Of a stretch of DNA of 64,000 nt, positions 14,095-28,799 are shown one piece after another (positions within the stretch are counted from its first letter, which is position 1; the number at the start of each line of letters is the position of its first letter). The notes beneath the pieces were generated by a model. The model worked only from the letters and a program-made list of their open reading frames with translations, made no database searches and was not told the DNA's origin. The stretch comes from the human T2T-CHM13v2.0 reference genome, Homo sapiens, in the NCBI RefSeq assembly GCF_009914755.1, contig NC_060928.1; one strand, given 5' to 3'. A program made the position numbers and the translations under genes.

Positions 14095-15829
14095 TTTGTC
14101 TCATGGGATGGGGCTACACTGTGGTTAGAAGTAGATTTCTAGTCTTGTATGTATATGTTATCTTTTTAAAGATTAAAAATACATGGCAATAGGTATGTTT
14201 TTTAAGATATTAAGAGAAGATTGTCAAATTAGCCCAAAATAGAAGGAAAAAAAATAAGCAGAAATGAATAAAATAAGAAACGGTTGTGGGAATGGTACTT
14301 CAACCAGAAAGCATGGCACATGGCCAGTGCCTTGGGTAGAGGATCTGAGTTGGTATAAAAAAAAATCTGATTACAGCATCACTTTCCTTTATTTTATAAA
14401 ATGAAGCTATTGATCCCTTCTCATCAGAGTACTGTTAGGATTCAACGACACAACGTAAGTGAAAATTTTTTGTGTGTTTCAAATTTATTTCCTTTATTTA
14501 TTTTAGCTCTCTCTTCCTTTGCTTTCTTTTTTTTTTTTCTGAATTTCAACTTCATAATCCTAGGTGTATTTGTTTGGATAGCTTAGGAAACAAATTTGAT
14601 ATTCCTTCCCTTTTTCTGATTTCCTCAAAGCCACCAGCTCTGTACTGCCTCTCTCTTGGGCCCTACCCTTCACATTTTAATTTCCCAGAGTCAAAGACAC
14701 TTCTCAAATGAAAGAAACCTTCAGCCCAGACCTCCTCGAGCTCTCCCAGGTACCTTACAAGAAGAGTAAGAGCTGACAAAAGATCACAGATCACCCACCA
14801 GCACTACATCTCCCTCACAGTGGCCACACCTGTGCCATCTGACTCTGTCCCTTCCCACTGCTGAGTGACCCAGGGCAGAGACAGATGTCCCCATCATGGT
14901 TTCTCAGGCCACGTCCCCTGAAATGTCATGAGAGAACACAGACCTTGGAGCTGAGTCACATTAATGATACCATCTTTTCAGAGAGAAGCCCTCTGTCCCC
15001 ATGGTGAAGTCTCCAATTGAAAACTCATCCTGACTCCTTCCAGCACTTACCTGGACATGCAAGTTCTGTGGCTCATAACCTAAGGAACTGGAACTATTGG
15101 GACACCCAAAAGTCTTCTCTGCATTTGAAAAAAATCGGTGTACCTTCCAAATCTCTCAAATTCAGACTCTTTTTTACTTTCCATTTCTTCCCATTCACGA
15201 TCTGATACCTGGAGAGAGGAGGCAGGGAGCACCTACCAGTCCCTTCCGGTAGGATGCAACGTCCACTCAACCTTGTCGCTCTCTGAAGGTTCTCCTGATC
15301 TCACCACATGACAAAATGTGCCCTCCCCCATCTTCCTGAGGCTATTGAGTGGAGATGAAAACATGGAAAACTCTGGGGCCGAAACCCTATAAATATTTGA
15401 AGAATAGCTCTCTTTTCATGTCCTGTTTTAAGAATATTTTTCTTTTCATGTTCTTTCCTTCCTTCTAATTAGCTTATTTTCTGTGGAGTGCTGAAAAGCA
15501 AGGTCATTCTGTTAACATATATTAAAACACGTCCCTGATGTTTGAAGAATTATTTTCCATAACATCTGTAATTTTCTGACATTCTGGATAATATGATGGA
15601 AAAATACAAATAGGAAAAATTCAAGTTAAATGCCTTTTGGAGTTTTTAAAATAGAATTTCATTATATATAAATTTAGACTCAGTACATATTTATTAGATA
15701 CCTATGCAGGCTATTGTGTTATGCTAATACTGGTTTAATAATAATAATAACTGTTATCATTTAAATGACCTAGGCACTATACTAATTCATTTATTTTATT
15801 TAATTTTTAGAGCAATTCCAAAAGGTAGA

Positions 15830-16124
15830 TTTTTTGTTGGGGGTACAGGTTCCCACTCTGTCACCCAGGCTGGACTGCAATGACACCATCACGGCTCAAT
15901 GCAGCCTCAGCCTCCCAAGCCCAAGCAATCCTCCTACCTCAGCCTCCCAAGTAGCCAGGACCACAGGTGCAGGACATCATGTCCAGCTAATTTTTGCTTT
16001 TTTTTGGTAAAGACGTGGTTTTGCCATGTTGCCCAGGCGGTTCTCAAACTTCTGGGTTCAAGAGATCTGCCCACCTTGGCCTCCCAAAGTGCTGGGATTA
16101 TAGGCATGAGCTACTGCCCCCTGC
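15830..16124 (-). mobile_element. Alu (AluJ) inserted in a MIR
   Basis: ATCACGGCTCAATGCAGCCTC, GCAATCCTCCTACCTCAGCC; short TSD GGTAGAT; MIR sequence on both sides. Confidence 0.9.
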
Positions 16125-16263
16125 GGGTAGATACCATAATCTTCATTTTTCAGAAGGGAAAGTGGTTTAGAGAAAGGAAGGTGAGTAATGTGATTTTAGA
16201 TGGTGTCTAGCAAAAGTAGGGTTTTGAGTCTAGATTTTATTCTAGTTTTATGCTTTTGATTCT

Positions 16264-16660
16264 TGTGGCCCATGCCGCTCCCACATACCCTGTCCCTAGG
16301 GGATTTCCAAATACCAATCCCAGATTTCTTTTCTCAAAAGTTTTGTTTCACTATGTCCATGATGCAACCAACTAGAGATAGATACTGGAGCACCCCTGCC
16401 CACTCCTTCAGGAGTCCTCAAGCAAAGACACAACGACTACAGGAGTTTGTGTAGAAATGACGTAGCTCTCCGGCCCCTCAGGCAGGCTAACTCTGAGGCA
16501 CGTCTTCTACATTGTTCTGGAATTCTCCAGTAGACACAGTAACAAACGCTTTATTGCCCATTTTGTTTCCATTTCACTTTTTTGTTCCCCTACTTATGTT
16601 TGCTACTTGCACCTGTATCCCTGTTGCTGAGTCTCCTTCTGGGCAAACGCAATCTAAGAA
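16264..16660 (+). mobile_element. ERVL LTR, LTR16-like
   Basis: 3' end CTACTTGCACCTGTATCCCTGTTGCTGAGTCTCCTTCTGGGCAAACGCAATCTAAGA. Confidence 0.6.
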
Positions 16661-17073
16661 CCCTGCAGGAAGGCCAGCATCTACTTCCAGGAAGAAAACC
16701 TGGAGCCCATGGTGGAGTGAGTGCCTCGGTTTTGGAGAGCTCCAATGACAAGGTAGTCAGTGTAGCGCCTTCGGTTTGCATAATACAATTGATGACTTAT
16801 TTACAGAAAAGCACAAGTTATAGTGAACTGAGCTAAAATTGAGTGCATTGAGGGCAAGACACAGAAGATGAGATGGGGCAGGAGAAGCTTGGAGGCATAT
16901 TATAAAGACACTATGGTTTAAATAGATGGAGAAAAGAAAAGATGTTATAGAACAAGGGGCTCCTGAGAACAAGTGCAGAACAGAGACAGGCATCATTGGC
17001 TTGGTCAGCACTCAATCACTTACTAGTATACATTCTTTCATTAATACTAAAATGTTTCAAATTTATAGAGTGG

Positions 17074-17403
<330 letters not shown>

Positions 17404-18253
17404 TAGAGTGTATTTTTTATGCGTCACATCAATCCCACGTTTCAAGCTGATAGCAAATGGGTTACATCATTTGAATTGTGACCTCTGATAAAATATCTTA
17501 TTTTGCTAAACCTATTAGGTGAATATTTATCATTCTGTCATTTAGTGAGGGAAAATAAGGCTCTTAGAAACAGAGCCAGAGGTTATGCAACCAGTCTGTG
17601 AAGCCACCTGGATGCAACACTGAACTACAGTAAAATAACCATAATTTTGAGCTACATGCCAGGAATTGGGGTGAACTCTCATTGCAAATGGCATTTTGTT
17701 CCATCTTCCTGGTGATCTTTACTAAGGTATTATCCTTTCAATTTTTCAAAAGAAATGGGAGTCCAGCATGGTTAAGCTATTTATAGAGCTAATAAGTGAT
17801 GTGTTTCTGAGGGAAAGAGAAAAAAAAAGTATTTGGTGTCAGTTTAACCCTTTTTTTCTTTTGCAGCCCATGAAATTTTGCTTGTAAATTCTGATGCAAA
17901 GCAAACCATTTCTATCCTTCTCTCACAGTAGAGATCCTCATTTCTTTGATCAAGTGCCTTCTCCAGACTCATCCCATTCCAACAAGCCCACATGGACTGT
18001 TGGCTGTATAGATTCTGCTAAGCTAAGCCCCTGGCCATCTAGAAGCAGGAGATAACCACATTAAGCTTCCCATTATGTCCCTGAGCCTTTTGTTTTGCAA
18101 TTATAGGAGTGCAGGTTCTGTCTAATACAGATGGGCAGAGGGCCAGGAAAAGACTCTGACCCTTCATTGTTTATGGGAGAATCTGAACTCTGCCAGCACT
18201 CAATAAAAGCAAAACATCTGCAATGTACCTGCCACTATCAATCAACGAAGAGC

Positions 18254-18737
18254 TATTGGTAAGCTGAACAATGACCCTCTGAAGCTATCCATGTTTTACT
18301 CCCAGCAGCCTGTGAATACATTACTTTACATAGGGAAAGGGACTTTGAAGATGTATTTAAGGATCTTGAAACAGAGAAATTATCCTGGATTATCTACGTA
18401 GGCTCAAAGTAATCATAAGAATCTTTATAAGAGGGAGGAAGGAGAAACAAAGTCAGTAAAAAGATGTGATAACAGAAGCAGAGGTTGGAGTGATGGGCTT
18501 TAAAGATGGATGGAGCCAATTACTTTTTTTTCCATGAGCCAAGGAAATGAGTAACTTCCAGAGGCTGGAAAAGGCAAGGAAATGGATAATCCTTTAGAGC
18601 TTCCAAAAGATGTATGGCCCTAATGACCCATTTTGGACTTCTGACATCCAGAAATATGAGATAATACCTAAATGTATGTTGGTTTAATCCACTTAGTTTG
18701 TAATAATTTACTACAGCAGCAATAGGAAATTAATACG
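18254..18737 (+). mobile_element. MaLR solo LTR, MLT1D-like
   Basis: AAAGGGACTTTGAAGATGT, ATTATCCTGGATTATC, GCTGGAAAAGGCAAGGAAATGGAT, CAGCAGCAATAGGAAATTAATAC. Confidence 0.9.
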
Positions 18738-18819
18738 CTAGCTAATCATTTCATCTGTGGGCAGTTTCAAGTCAACTATATGTGTTGACTTATAGTATAT
18801 GTGATTCGGGCCAGGAATT

Positions 18820-19040
18820 GAGTGCTAAGTACTACGAATCAGGGTTTTAGAATGAGATGTCCTGAATTTGAATCCCAGTAGGGCCACTTACTAGCTATAT
18901 GATCTTGGGCATATTAATTACACACTATGTGTCTTAAATTACTCATTTGTAGTTCAGAGATCATACCAGTTTTCTTTCTTGGTGTTATGGTGATTGTATA
19001 ACATAATATATTAAGTTATCTTAGGGCATAGCATTTGCAT
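18820..19040 (+). mobile_element. MIR SINE
   Basis: TTTGAATCCCAG...CCACTTACTAGCTATATGATCTTGGGCA. Confidence 0.75.
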
Positions 19041-20515
19041 TATGCATTTTCTTTACTCTCGTTTCATTTGTTTTCCTTCTCTCATGCAGTAAGAAGTATA
19101 TTTTTGTGGATTACCCTATCAGGAAACAGGAACTTTTATTAAATTTCTTGTTGGCATGACCTCTTTCTTGATAATACCTGAGGAAGTTGTTAGTTTAGTA
19201 TTTCATAAAGAGAGCAGGGTTAATTGCAAACAATCATACCTTCATGATAAATTGAACCATTTATAAATACCTACAGTAATTATGATCTGACAAATGTATA
19301 CAACCACCAATTACTTTTTTCCAGGATCCTGATGCTCTGTGCCCATTCTGGCTGGTCTTTCCTTCTAGTGTCTTAACTGATGGGATGATGGTTCACTTCT
19401 CTGACTCCAGAGCTGCCCGTGGTCAAAGTTCAGCCCTCATGTATTTTGTGCATTTCTGTGTGGCTGGTGAAAATCCACATGTGTAATTTGCCGACGGTTC
19501 CTCATTTCCCCCATACTTTCCTCCTCCTGTGATTGCTTCTCACGGTCCCTGCTTCTGTCTTTTGTGGAAGGAACTTTATTTGCATTCTTAGTTGCAGGAG
19601 AGAAAAATGACACCTTTGGGAATCAGGTCTATCTTTAAGACTGTTCCATTCTCAAAAACAGTCTTCTTGCTGCCCTTTCCTGTCTCTGCCTGCAGAGGCA
19701 CCCTTTTCCTGTCACTTCCTGTGCTCCACTAATACTACTCAGAGTTGAGTTAAATTGTTTTCTGTCTGAGGTTCCCCTGGTAAGCAAGTTTAGGTCCCCT
19801 TGATGTGAGTCTCAAAACTGATCACTTTGTCATTCCTGCAAAAAGATTCAGCCTCTGATATTTAGCTTTTATTCATCTGAAAAACATGCATCAATACTTC
19901 CCAAATGCATCAAGAATTGTCTTGAGCTAAATCCTGAAAGCAGGCTGAGGAGCATCAGACGTAATTAGCTCCTTCCTGCAGGTCTACCCTTCTCCTTTGC
20001 AGGGCTCAGAGCAGGAGAACAAATGCAGGGCTACAAACTATATGGCTAAATATTTAAATATTACACATAAAAAAGCAAACTATTTAAATGTGCTATACCC
20101 CACTGCCCTTGCATACCCCTGATACCATGAATTAAAACAAATGAGCTCTTGTCATGAGTGCCAAGCCATTCCTTATTATGAAATGATTTATTTCATTCAA
20201 GCCATCTGAAAAGAGAAGACGGGGTAAACTAAGAAATTTGTCTTTTCTCTTCAGTATTTTCTTGCTCAAGTCCTTCCTGGATACTGAAGCAGTACACATG
20301 TTTAAAGTCAGTTGTTGGCATAATCCACAAACCTTCAAGAATTTTAGATGTAGGCATCTCTTCTTCAAGAACATAAGGCAGGAGATATGAGAAGAATTTC
20401 CTGGGGTTAGAATAGTGTGGATAATAGAAAAAGATGTTTATGGTCAAGGTTGTCCTGTGTCTGCAAGAAGTATCAGATCACAAGTAAAAGAGCCATTCCC
20501 GTTTTGTTTAACAAA

Positions 20516-20527
20516 TGTGTGTGTGGT

Positions 20528-20575
<48 letters not shown>
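20516..20575. repeat. (TG)n microsatellite
   Basis: Direct reading. Confidence 0.95.
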
Positions 20576-20577
<2 letters not shown>

Positions 20578-20653
20578 TTACTGGATACTTTAAAGCACAG
20601 AGCTCTGGGCAAAAGCCCCTCTTGGTAAGATTTAAGAACCATATTTTCCCAGG

Positions 20654-20734
20654 TTTTCACTTAAAGTGGCTGGAATGAGCTATAGTCCTTTAAGAGCATG
20701 GTGGCAATGTGCTTAAGAGTGAAAACTGCCTGGA
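20654..20734 (+). repeat. 81-bp inverted repeat, copy A (partner at 24057-24137)
   Basis: Manual alignment to the reverse complement of 24057-24137: 76/81 identical, no gaps. Confidence 0.95.
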
Positions 20735-21732
20735 GTTACAGAAACTCCCAGGTTTTTGTAATCTAGTTGAACAAAAAAGAATTAGGAATATGAAGTCATT
20801 AGCATTACAAGGCATCTCTTGACTGAGTTAAGTGGTAGCAAGGATGATAGCTTTGTTAATAGTGTGGAGTTTCACGCATGGATTGCATTGGAAACACTAA
20901 ATTTTGTATATGGAAAATATGGGATTGGATTGGAGAAAGAGAACATAAAAATTACAGTGCATAAAACTTCAATAAAAACATCACGCAATATTTTATGTTT
21001 TTCTTATCACATGGGATGAGAATCCACATCAAAATTGTCACATTAGTCTCCATCACAGGGTTTATTAATACACAATCTTGAGGCTCTGAGAGTGCTGCAA
21101 AGGGAGATGGAGAATAAGGAAGGTTATGCTGGGTCAAGCCCAAAGAGGCAGGAGCAAATTGAACACAGTATTGGGTAGGCATTGAGAGGTTCAGAGAGAA
21201 CAGAATCAAGCAGCAAGTCACAGGCAAGCACCCAGCTTTCAGTGCTGGGATCATAAGAGCCTGAGACAGGACAGGAACCTTCTGAAATCATCCAAAGATA
21301 AGATGAAAGAATAAGAAGTGGAGAAAATGGGAGCGCGTGTGAAGGCAGTTAAATACACCCAGACCCTTGCATAAAAGGATGCCACTCTTACCCTAAGAGC
21401 AGATAGGAGAAATGAGTTTAAAGATAAAAAACCACAAAAGTTTAATGTAGCTACTGGGGTTTCTCTCCTGGATTCTACACAACTGAAAGGAAGACAAGGA
21501 GTAATGAGTCATATGGAGATCAGTAGATGTCTTTTAATACTGATAGAGCTGAAACGGAAGAAAGTGTCATGGATATCCATTGCCAGGTAGGCTTCCTGAT
21601 CGTCATCTTCAGTGTTACACATATTCATTCACCCCAGCAAAGACCATGCCAAACCCGTCCACGTGAGGATTAGGACCTGGAGCAGCAGCTTAGAACATGT
21701 GGTTCTGACTACCCAGACAAAGGGCTTGGGCT

Positions 21733-22191
21733 GCATGAACTACTTCCCGAAGGCTGCCATGACAAAGTACCACAAACCTGGTGGCTTAAAACAACAGAAG
21801 TTTGTTTTCTCACAGTTGTGGGGTCCAGAAATCAGAGTGGGTAGGGCAGTGGTCCTTCCAAAGCCTCTAGGGTAGAATCTTTCCTTATCTTTCCCAGCTT
21901 CTGGTGGGTTCAGGAGTTGCTTAGCTTGTGGCCGCATCACCTCAGTCTCTGCCTCTGCCTTCACGTGGGTCTTCTCCTCACTTTCTCTTTGTCTCATCAA
22001 AGATTCTCCTGCCTCTTCTCTTAAAAGGACATCTGTCATTGGTTATAGGGCCCACCTTGAATCCAGGATGATCTTGAGATTCTTAATTACATTGGGCAAA
22101 TACTCTTTTGCTAAATAAGTTCACATTTATAGGTTCTAAGAATTAGGACTTAGACATATCTTTCTTGGGAACCACTATTCAATCCACAACA
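21733..22191 (-). mobile_element. MaLR solo LTR, MLT1C/D-like
   Basis: ACAAAGTACCACAAACCTGGTGGCTTAAAACAACAGAAG...CTTGTGGCCGCATCAC...ATTCAATCCACAACA. Confidence 0.9.
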
Positions 22192-22367
22192 CTGCATATA
22201 CCCACGTCTTTTTCCAAAGCTACCACCGAGGTAGGTCCACCCTCTTCTAAAGAATATCCAGGAAGAGGGAGAATGTGAAGGAGGCCAGGGGTCCTACTGA
22301 AGAGGTCCATCCTCAGTTGATAAAAACCAACATCATGAATGGGGACAGCTGTTCTCCCTAACAGTGC

Positions 22368-22600
22368 CATAATAATAACAACCATTCAATGTGCCAGGTA
22401 CTTTTGTAAGCAGTTTAGAGGTATTAACTCATTTAATCTCCCCATGAACCTGTGAGAAAAGGACTTTTATTATCCCCATTTCAGGTGAGAAAACTGAAGT
22501 ATAGAATGTTAAACAACTTATCTGAGCTTATGCATAAGTAAATGGTGCAGCTGGAATTAAATGCTGGCAGGCTGGTTGCAGAGGTCAATCTTAGCCCCTG
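22368..22600 (-). mobile_element. MIR SINE
   Basis: ATTAACTCATTTAATCTC...ATTATCCCCATTTCAGGTGAGAAAACTGAAG. Confidence 0.85.
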
Positions 22601-23546
22601 ACTTTCCACATCACCTGGTACATTTGCCATCTGTACTATGATGAGACTGGGGTTATCATATAAACCGCTCTGGGAGAACTATGATCAATGGTGCCTTGAA
22701 CTACAGTAAATGTACAACAGGGAAAAGTTGAGTAAATGATGGTCTTCCCCTCTAATAGGATATTCTGCAGCAACTTTAAAAGTATTTTTGAAGATATTTC
22801 ATGATAATCTAAAATATTCATAAAATCATGTTAAGAGAAAATGCCAGATTATATGTAATTCAAAAATATATCTTATATCTATAAATATATTCATAGAAAA
22901 TAAATCAGAAAAAGTATATTAATATGTTAATATTGGTTGTCTCTACATTGGAAACTGTTTCTTCTGTCATTTCTTCTGTATTTTTCAGATTATCTGCAAT
23001 AAACATATATTGCTTCTATGGAAGTAAAAGCAAGGCTGCTATTAATTGGGGCCAAAGAGAAAGATAAGAAATAATTCAAATTGTTTCCAGGAACTGGTAG
23101 ATAAAAAACAAAACAAGACAAAGAAAAGGGCCCCATCCTTGGGCCTGTGCAGGAGCATAAAGAGGAGAAGCATTAGGTTCTAAAGAATTTTGATTAGCAA
23201 GAGCCAGACAAGAACCTCAGGGGTGGTGGCTGCACGTGCATGGGGTGACATGAGGAAAGGTGCCACAGAGCACACAGAAGACTCCCAGTCGGTTGATTTC
23301 CTGTGTTTTCTGGCTGAAACATGGAGCAGGCATCAGAGAGGCCAGAAGGATAGCTCAGCATTTCCTGGGCAATAGTCCAAGCTTAATTTTGCTCACAAGG
23401 TTTTTACACGTTCCAAATGAGAACACTGTGGTGGGCCAGCTTCCTACGTCTCCACCTACATCACTCATGGGGGAGCATTTACGCCAGGTCTTCCCTGTGA
23501 AACCTGATTCTGTATGCCCAGCACTGAGGAGGCCATCTCCAGATGA

Positions 23547-24024
<478 letters not shown>

Positions 24025-24056
24025 GGCAGAAGCCTGATCTAAACTTTAAGGCTGGG

Positions 24057-24137
24057 TCCAGGCAGTTTTCACTCTAAAGCACATTGCCACCATGCTCTTA
24101 AAGGACTGTAGCTCACTCCAGCCACTTGAAGGGAAAA
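24057..24137 (-). repeat. 81-bp inverted repeat, copy B
   Basis: Reverse complement of 20654-20734 with 5 substitutions. Confidence 0.95.
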
Positions 24138-24149
24138 AGAAGTGGTAAA

Positions 24150-24640
24150 GATACACACAAAGACCAGAGCCGGTCCTGGATCTAGAAGGCCAAGTGGTGT
24201 TCAGGAGCTAAGGCTGTCCAGGAACTAGCTAAGCTCTCTTTGTCTTTTCCTGCCTTCATGGTTTCATTCACCTGCTCAGGATGACTCCATTTCACATTTC
24301 ACATCTACTTCAACTTCCTTTTTCTACCAGCTGGCTTTTTGCACTGTTTAATTCGTCTATTTTATAGGCTATGCTTCACTTTGGCTCACTTGAGACCCAG
24401 CATGACTCTCTCACCTCTCACTGTGCTATGGCTTTGAGCAGCAGCTTCCTCTGTTAGCGCCGCTTTTGGTCAATGACTCTGAATTCCAGAGAGAGAAACG
24501 ATTTGATTGGTCAGGCTGGTTTTCCCTGTGAATGGAAGATGACAGGGCATTGGCTGGCTCCAGGATTTGCTGCCTTAGTCAATCAAGCATGTCTCTTGGC
24601 GTTGTCCACTTCTTCAGGTCCTATGGGAGAGGAATTTCTT
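24150..24640 (-). mobile_element. Old MLT1 (J/K/L-type) LTR relic
   Basis: TTCCAGAGAGAGAAACGATTTGATTGGTCAGGCT motif; weak. Confidence 0.45.
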
Positions 24641-24656
24641 TACAAAGATGGTGTTA

Positions 24657-24973
24657 GGCCAGGCACAGTGGCTCACGCCTATAATCCCAGCACTCAGGGA
24701 GGCTGAGGCAGGCAGATCACCAGATCAGGAGTTCGAGACCAGCCTGGCCAACATAGTGAAACCCTGTCTCTACTAAAAATACAAAAATTAGCCGGGTGTG
24801 ATGGCGTGTGCCTGTAGTCTCAGCTACTCGGGAGGCTGAGGCAGGAGAATCACTTGAATCCTGGTGGCGGAGGTTGCAGTGAGTCAAGATGGCACCAATG
24901 CACTCTCAGCTTGGGTGACAGAGAGAGACTCTGTCTAAAAAAAAAAAAAAAAAAAGAAAAAAGAAAAAGAAAA
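24657..24973 (+). mobile_element. Alu (AluS)
   Basis: Full dimer with poly-A; TSD AAA(G/T)ATGGTGTT. Confidence 0.95.
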
Positions 24974-26094
24974 TATGGTGTTGGTGGCATGCCAGGCACT
25001 GTGATCAATGGGTCTTCTATATTGTTTATGCAGAAAAGACCACTTTTTTAATGAAAGCGCATTGACACGGCAGGCAGTTACAGCTAAATGAATTTTTAGG
25101 TCAGCAATCTAACATGGATCTTTGGACCAATTTATCTGGGAGGGGAAGCCTGTCACCAATGGGCAGTTTATTTCAAAATATGAGAAGAGGGCTCAAAGAA
25201 GTCAGAAAAAGAATCTTATTTTTGTTCCTTTAGGTTATAGCATAAAGAGAAATGGTCAGGAATTTAATCATGGTTACTTCCCCTTCTAGGACTACACATT
25301 TATTTTCGTAAAGTATATGAAATATAGTTTTTACTCTGGTAAGTGATTTTGAAGTGTTGTCTTGGGGGAACCACTAAAGAAAATATACTTTGACCTTATC
25401 TTAGCTTGGTGCATCTCTCCACTGATTATCAAGTTGTGGCTCCAGAAATTTCAGACAGAGTTGGCCTAATTGGGGATACTGCGCATGAAAATGAATTGCA
25501 CAGCTGGGACCCTCAAAACTGCCTTGGCTAATTAACAGGAAGTAGCTTTGAACTATTTGCTGTATTGGGCATTGTGGTAGTTACTAAATGATTGGATCAA
25601 GTCCAAACCAGCTAGAAGGACCCAAGAGTTTGAGGACATGTTTCCCAGATACTATGAAGAGACAGAGGACAGAGGCTCTTGCTATTCCAAGCATAGAAAA
25701 CTTTCTTTTCTTTACTTTTATTTTTTGGTAGTAGCACATGTGCAATCCTGTGGGGTGGGCAGGGCATTTAAAAAAAAACAAACATTTATTTTTGGGAAGA
25801 CCACTTGGATTATATATTCTTGACTTCAGCTAAGAAAGATTGGATAAAACATTAAACACGTTGAAGATATAAAGTCTTTTGTTTTCCTCTCATCCTCTTT
25901 TTGTCTATCTCTTGTCTCTTTTTAAATTCTAGGCTTGGATTATAGTTCTCATTGTGCCATTTCTTGGCTTGTCAATTGGCTTCTGTAAATCTTCATTTTT
26001 TTTCATCTATAGGTCTATTCACACCCACCATTTCTATTTCTATTACTGTTTCAAATGACAATGTAAGCTTCTCAGTATGCTTTTTTTCCAGACA

Positions 26095-26622
26095 TTCCAG
26101 TTACCCACTGTTATGTAACAAAATGCTCCAAAACTTAGTGGTTTAAAACAACAATTTAGTGCGGCCCCCTGTTGTCCTGTGGACAATTAGGCTTAGGTGA
26201 ACTCTTCTTGCTTGAATTGTCTCAGGCAGTTGAAAACAGATGACAGCTAGGACTGGAGATTGACATTTGGGCTGAGATACCTGGGGGCTGGTCAAGTTTA
26301 TCTCCTTCCGCGTGACCTCTCCACATGCCTAGTTTAAGCTTCTTTACAGCATGGAGGTTTCAAGATAGCAGACTTCTAACATAGCAGTAGGCTTCTCCCA
26401 GGCTGAATACTCCAAGAGATGCAGGAAGATGCTGCAGGATTTCTTGTCATAGTCTCAGAAGTTCTGAAATGTCACTTCTGCCATGCTCTATTGAGAAAGT
26501 CACAAAGGCCCATCTGGAATGGAGGTGAAAATAGTTAGACTCCACTTTGGTGTCAGTTGCAGCATACATCTATAGGGAGGGAAGAAATTGATGACACCGT
26601 CTTTGGAGACTGTCAACCGTAC
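26095..26622 (-). mobile_element. MaLR LTR, MLT1H-like
   Basis: ATGTAACAAAATGCTCCAAAACTTAGTGGTTTAAAACAACAA...GTCACTTCTGCCATGCTCTATTG. Confidence 0.75.
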
Positions 26623-26649
26623 CTGTTCTACATTTCTCCTAATTTCCGC

Positions 26650-26800
26650 TCCATCTGTTTATCCTTCCATCCATTTATCCATCTATCCATCCACTCATCC
26701 ATTTGTCTGCCCATCAGTACTTTCATTCATCTACCCATCCATCTGTCTACCCACACAGCCATCCACCCATCTATCCATCCTTCTATCCATTCATTCATTA
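26650..26800. repeat. Degenerate (TCCA)n repeat grading into (TTCA)n
   Basis: Direct reading. Confidence 0.9.
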
Positions 26801-27100
26801 AACAACTACTCAAAGACTGCTATGAGCCAATCATTATTCTGGGTGCTACTGATACATTGCTGAAAAGAGCCTCATGAGGATAATAAATTAGTAGGGGAGA
26901 CAGGGAGGCTAACAAATATGTAAGTATACAGTTTCAAACTGTGATAATTGTAATTAATCACACCAAGCTTATGACTGAAAAACGAATTGTTCAATTACTA
27001 GTAGGTCCCAAAAGTTCTCTTTGAGAGAATGTCACTGAAAATGAATGATAATTGGTCAGGAGAGGATGGGAAAAGACCCTTTCATGCAGTTAGAGAAGCA
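26789..27100 (-). mobile_element. L2 3' end
   Basis: ATTCATTCATTAAACAACTACTCAAAGACTGCTATGAGCCA...TTCTGGGTGCT. Confidence 0.7.
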
Positions 27101-27109
27101 TGAAACAAA

Positions 27110-27352
27110 TTTGTCTTTGCTCAGTTGTAACAACATGAGTGAGACTTTCCCTGAACAATCTTCTAAAAATATAATCATTACCTCTTCTTAGGTTCCCTAT
27201 TCCCTTTCTCTTCTTGCTCTTTCACTGTGACATTTAACACATCTGAAATATCAAGTTCTCTATTTACTTCTGGGTTTGTTTATTATATGTCATACCCACT
27301 AAAATGTAAGTTTCTTGAAAATGGAGATATTTGTTAAATAAATGCATGAATT
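27110..27352 (+). mobile_element. L2 3' fragment
   Basis: GAGACTTTCCCTGAACA...ACTAAAATGTAAGTTTCTTGA...ATATTTGTTAAATAAATGCATGAA. Confidence 0.65.
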
Positions 27353-27936
27353 GTGTTCAGCCTTTCTAATAATATTTTATTGTATTTATACTGTATTTTA
27401 TAAACTACTTTTAGATCTAATATTCTATTTAGTGTGTATCAAGAGCATTGGATGGATGTTGAGGAAACCTATGTTCTATATTTCATCCTGCCACTAACCT
27501 CCTGCTTGACTCTGAACAAATTGCATGGTGGCCTTCTGTCAGTTTCCTCATACCTAGAACAAGGATGTTGACTTCTGTTTGCTTCTATTATTCTAAGGAT
27601 CCATAATTTCTTTTCATTTTTGTACAGTGAAATAATTAGAGAAGGACCCAAGACTTAAATCAATTGACCTTATTCACATAAGAGAAGGCCAGAGGGGAAA
27701 AGAAAGAAAAGATTCTTACAGGCAGCAGGGCTCACAAGGCATGTTCTGTGGGTGAACTTGTATTTTCTTCATAAGGAGAGAAAAACAAGAAACAAAACAA
27801 AACAAAACAAAAACTTCTTCCTCCAGGACTTGGGTACTAACACAAAAGATTCAACAAACAGTTTTTGTTTTCTGTGCCAATAAAATTTTATATGAAAGAC
27901 AGGAGGTACAAAAACAAAGATCAGATTCATCTGATC

Positions 27937-28204
27937 TTTTTAAAAATTTTTTAATTTAATTTAAGTTTCAGGACATGTGTGCAGGACGTGCAGGTTTGTT
28001 ACATAGGTGAACGTGTACCATGGTGGTTTGCTGTACCTGTCAACCCATCACCTAGGATTAAGCCCCGCATGCATTACTTATTTATCCTGATGTGCTCCCT
28101 CTCCATGCCCTACCGACAGGCCCCAGTTTGTGTTGTTCCCCTTCTTGCATGTCCAAGTGTTCTCACTGTTCAGCTCCCACTTGTAAGTGAGAACATGTGG
28201 TGTT
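27937..28204 (-). mobile_element. L1PA (L1PA8-10-like) truncated 3'UTR
   Basis: GTGCAGGTTTGTTACATAGGT...GTTCAGCTCCCACTTGTAAGTGAGAACATG. Confidence 0.9.
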
Positions 28205-28799
28205 CAACAAATGCTTTTTAAAGCTAACCAGTATGTGGTCTGGCCTGTGATGATCTGGCTTAGTTATCCATGCAGAAATGATTTCTATGAGGGGTTTGGA
28301 GAAGAAAAAAAGTCAGGAAATTTAGCCTAGTAGACAGGAAAAGCCATCGCAGCAGGTCACTTCTGTTGCCACCATCGAGGCAGCTTAACCAGGTGGCCAT
28401 GGCATGAGCAGCATGGTGGAGGGGTCCCATCAGTGAGTAACACAGAAATGGAGCCCTTTACCTCTGTAAGTGTGTTCTGCAGGTAGGCACAGCAACAGTA
28501 GGACTAAGGCACAAGGAGGGTTTCTGGAAGGTGAGAAGGTCTCATACCAGATGGGGAGGAGCACCAGGAGCCATTTCAAACTGAACTACAAGTCCAAAGA
28601 CAGCTGGTGAGTCACCCCCAGGGAATCAAGTGTGATTGTTACTTAGAACCAAGCGGATGGCCTGGAAAATAGGAAACCCTTGTTCTTAGGCATAAACGTG
28701 CACATATATTCTGATAGCTAGGAGAAAAAAAAAACTAAAAAATATTTGCAAGACCCTCTTCAGGATTGAAGCATTGAAGATCTCTCTTAACAGGTAAAT

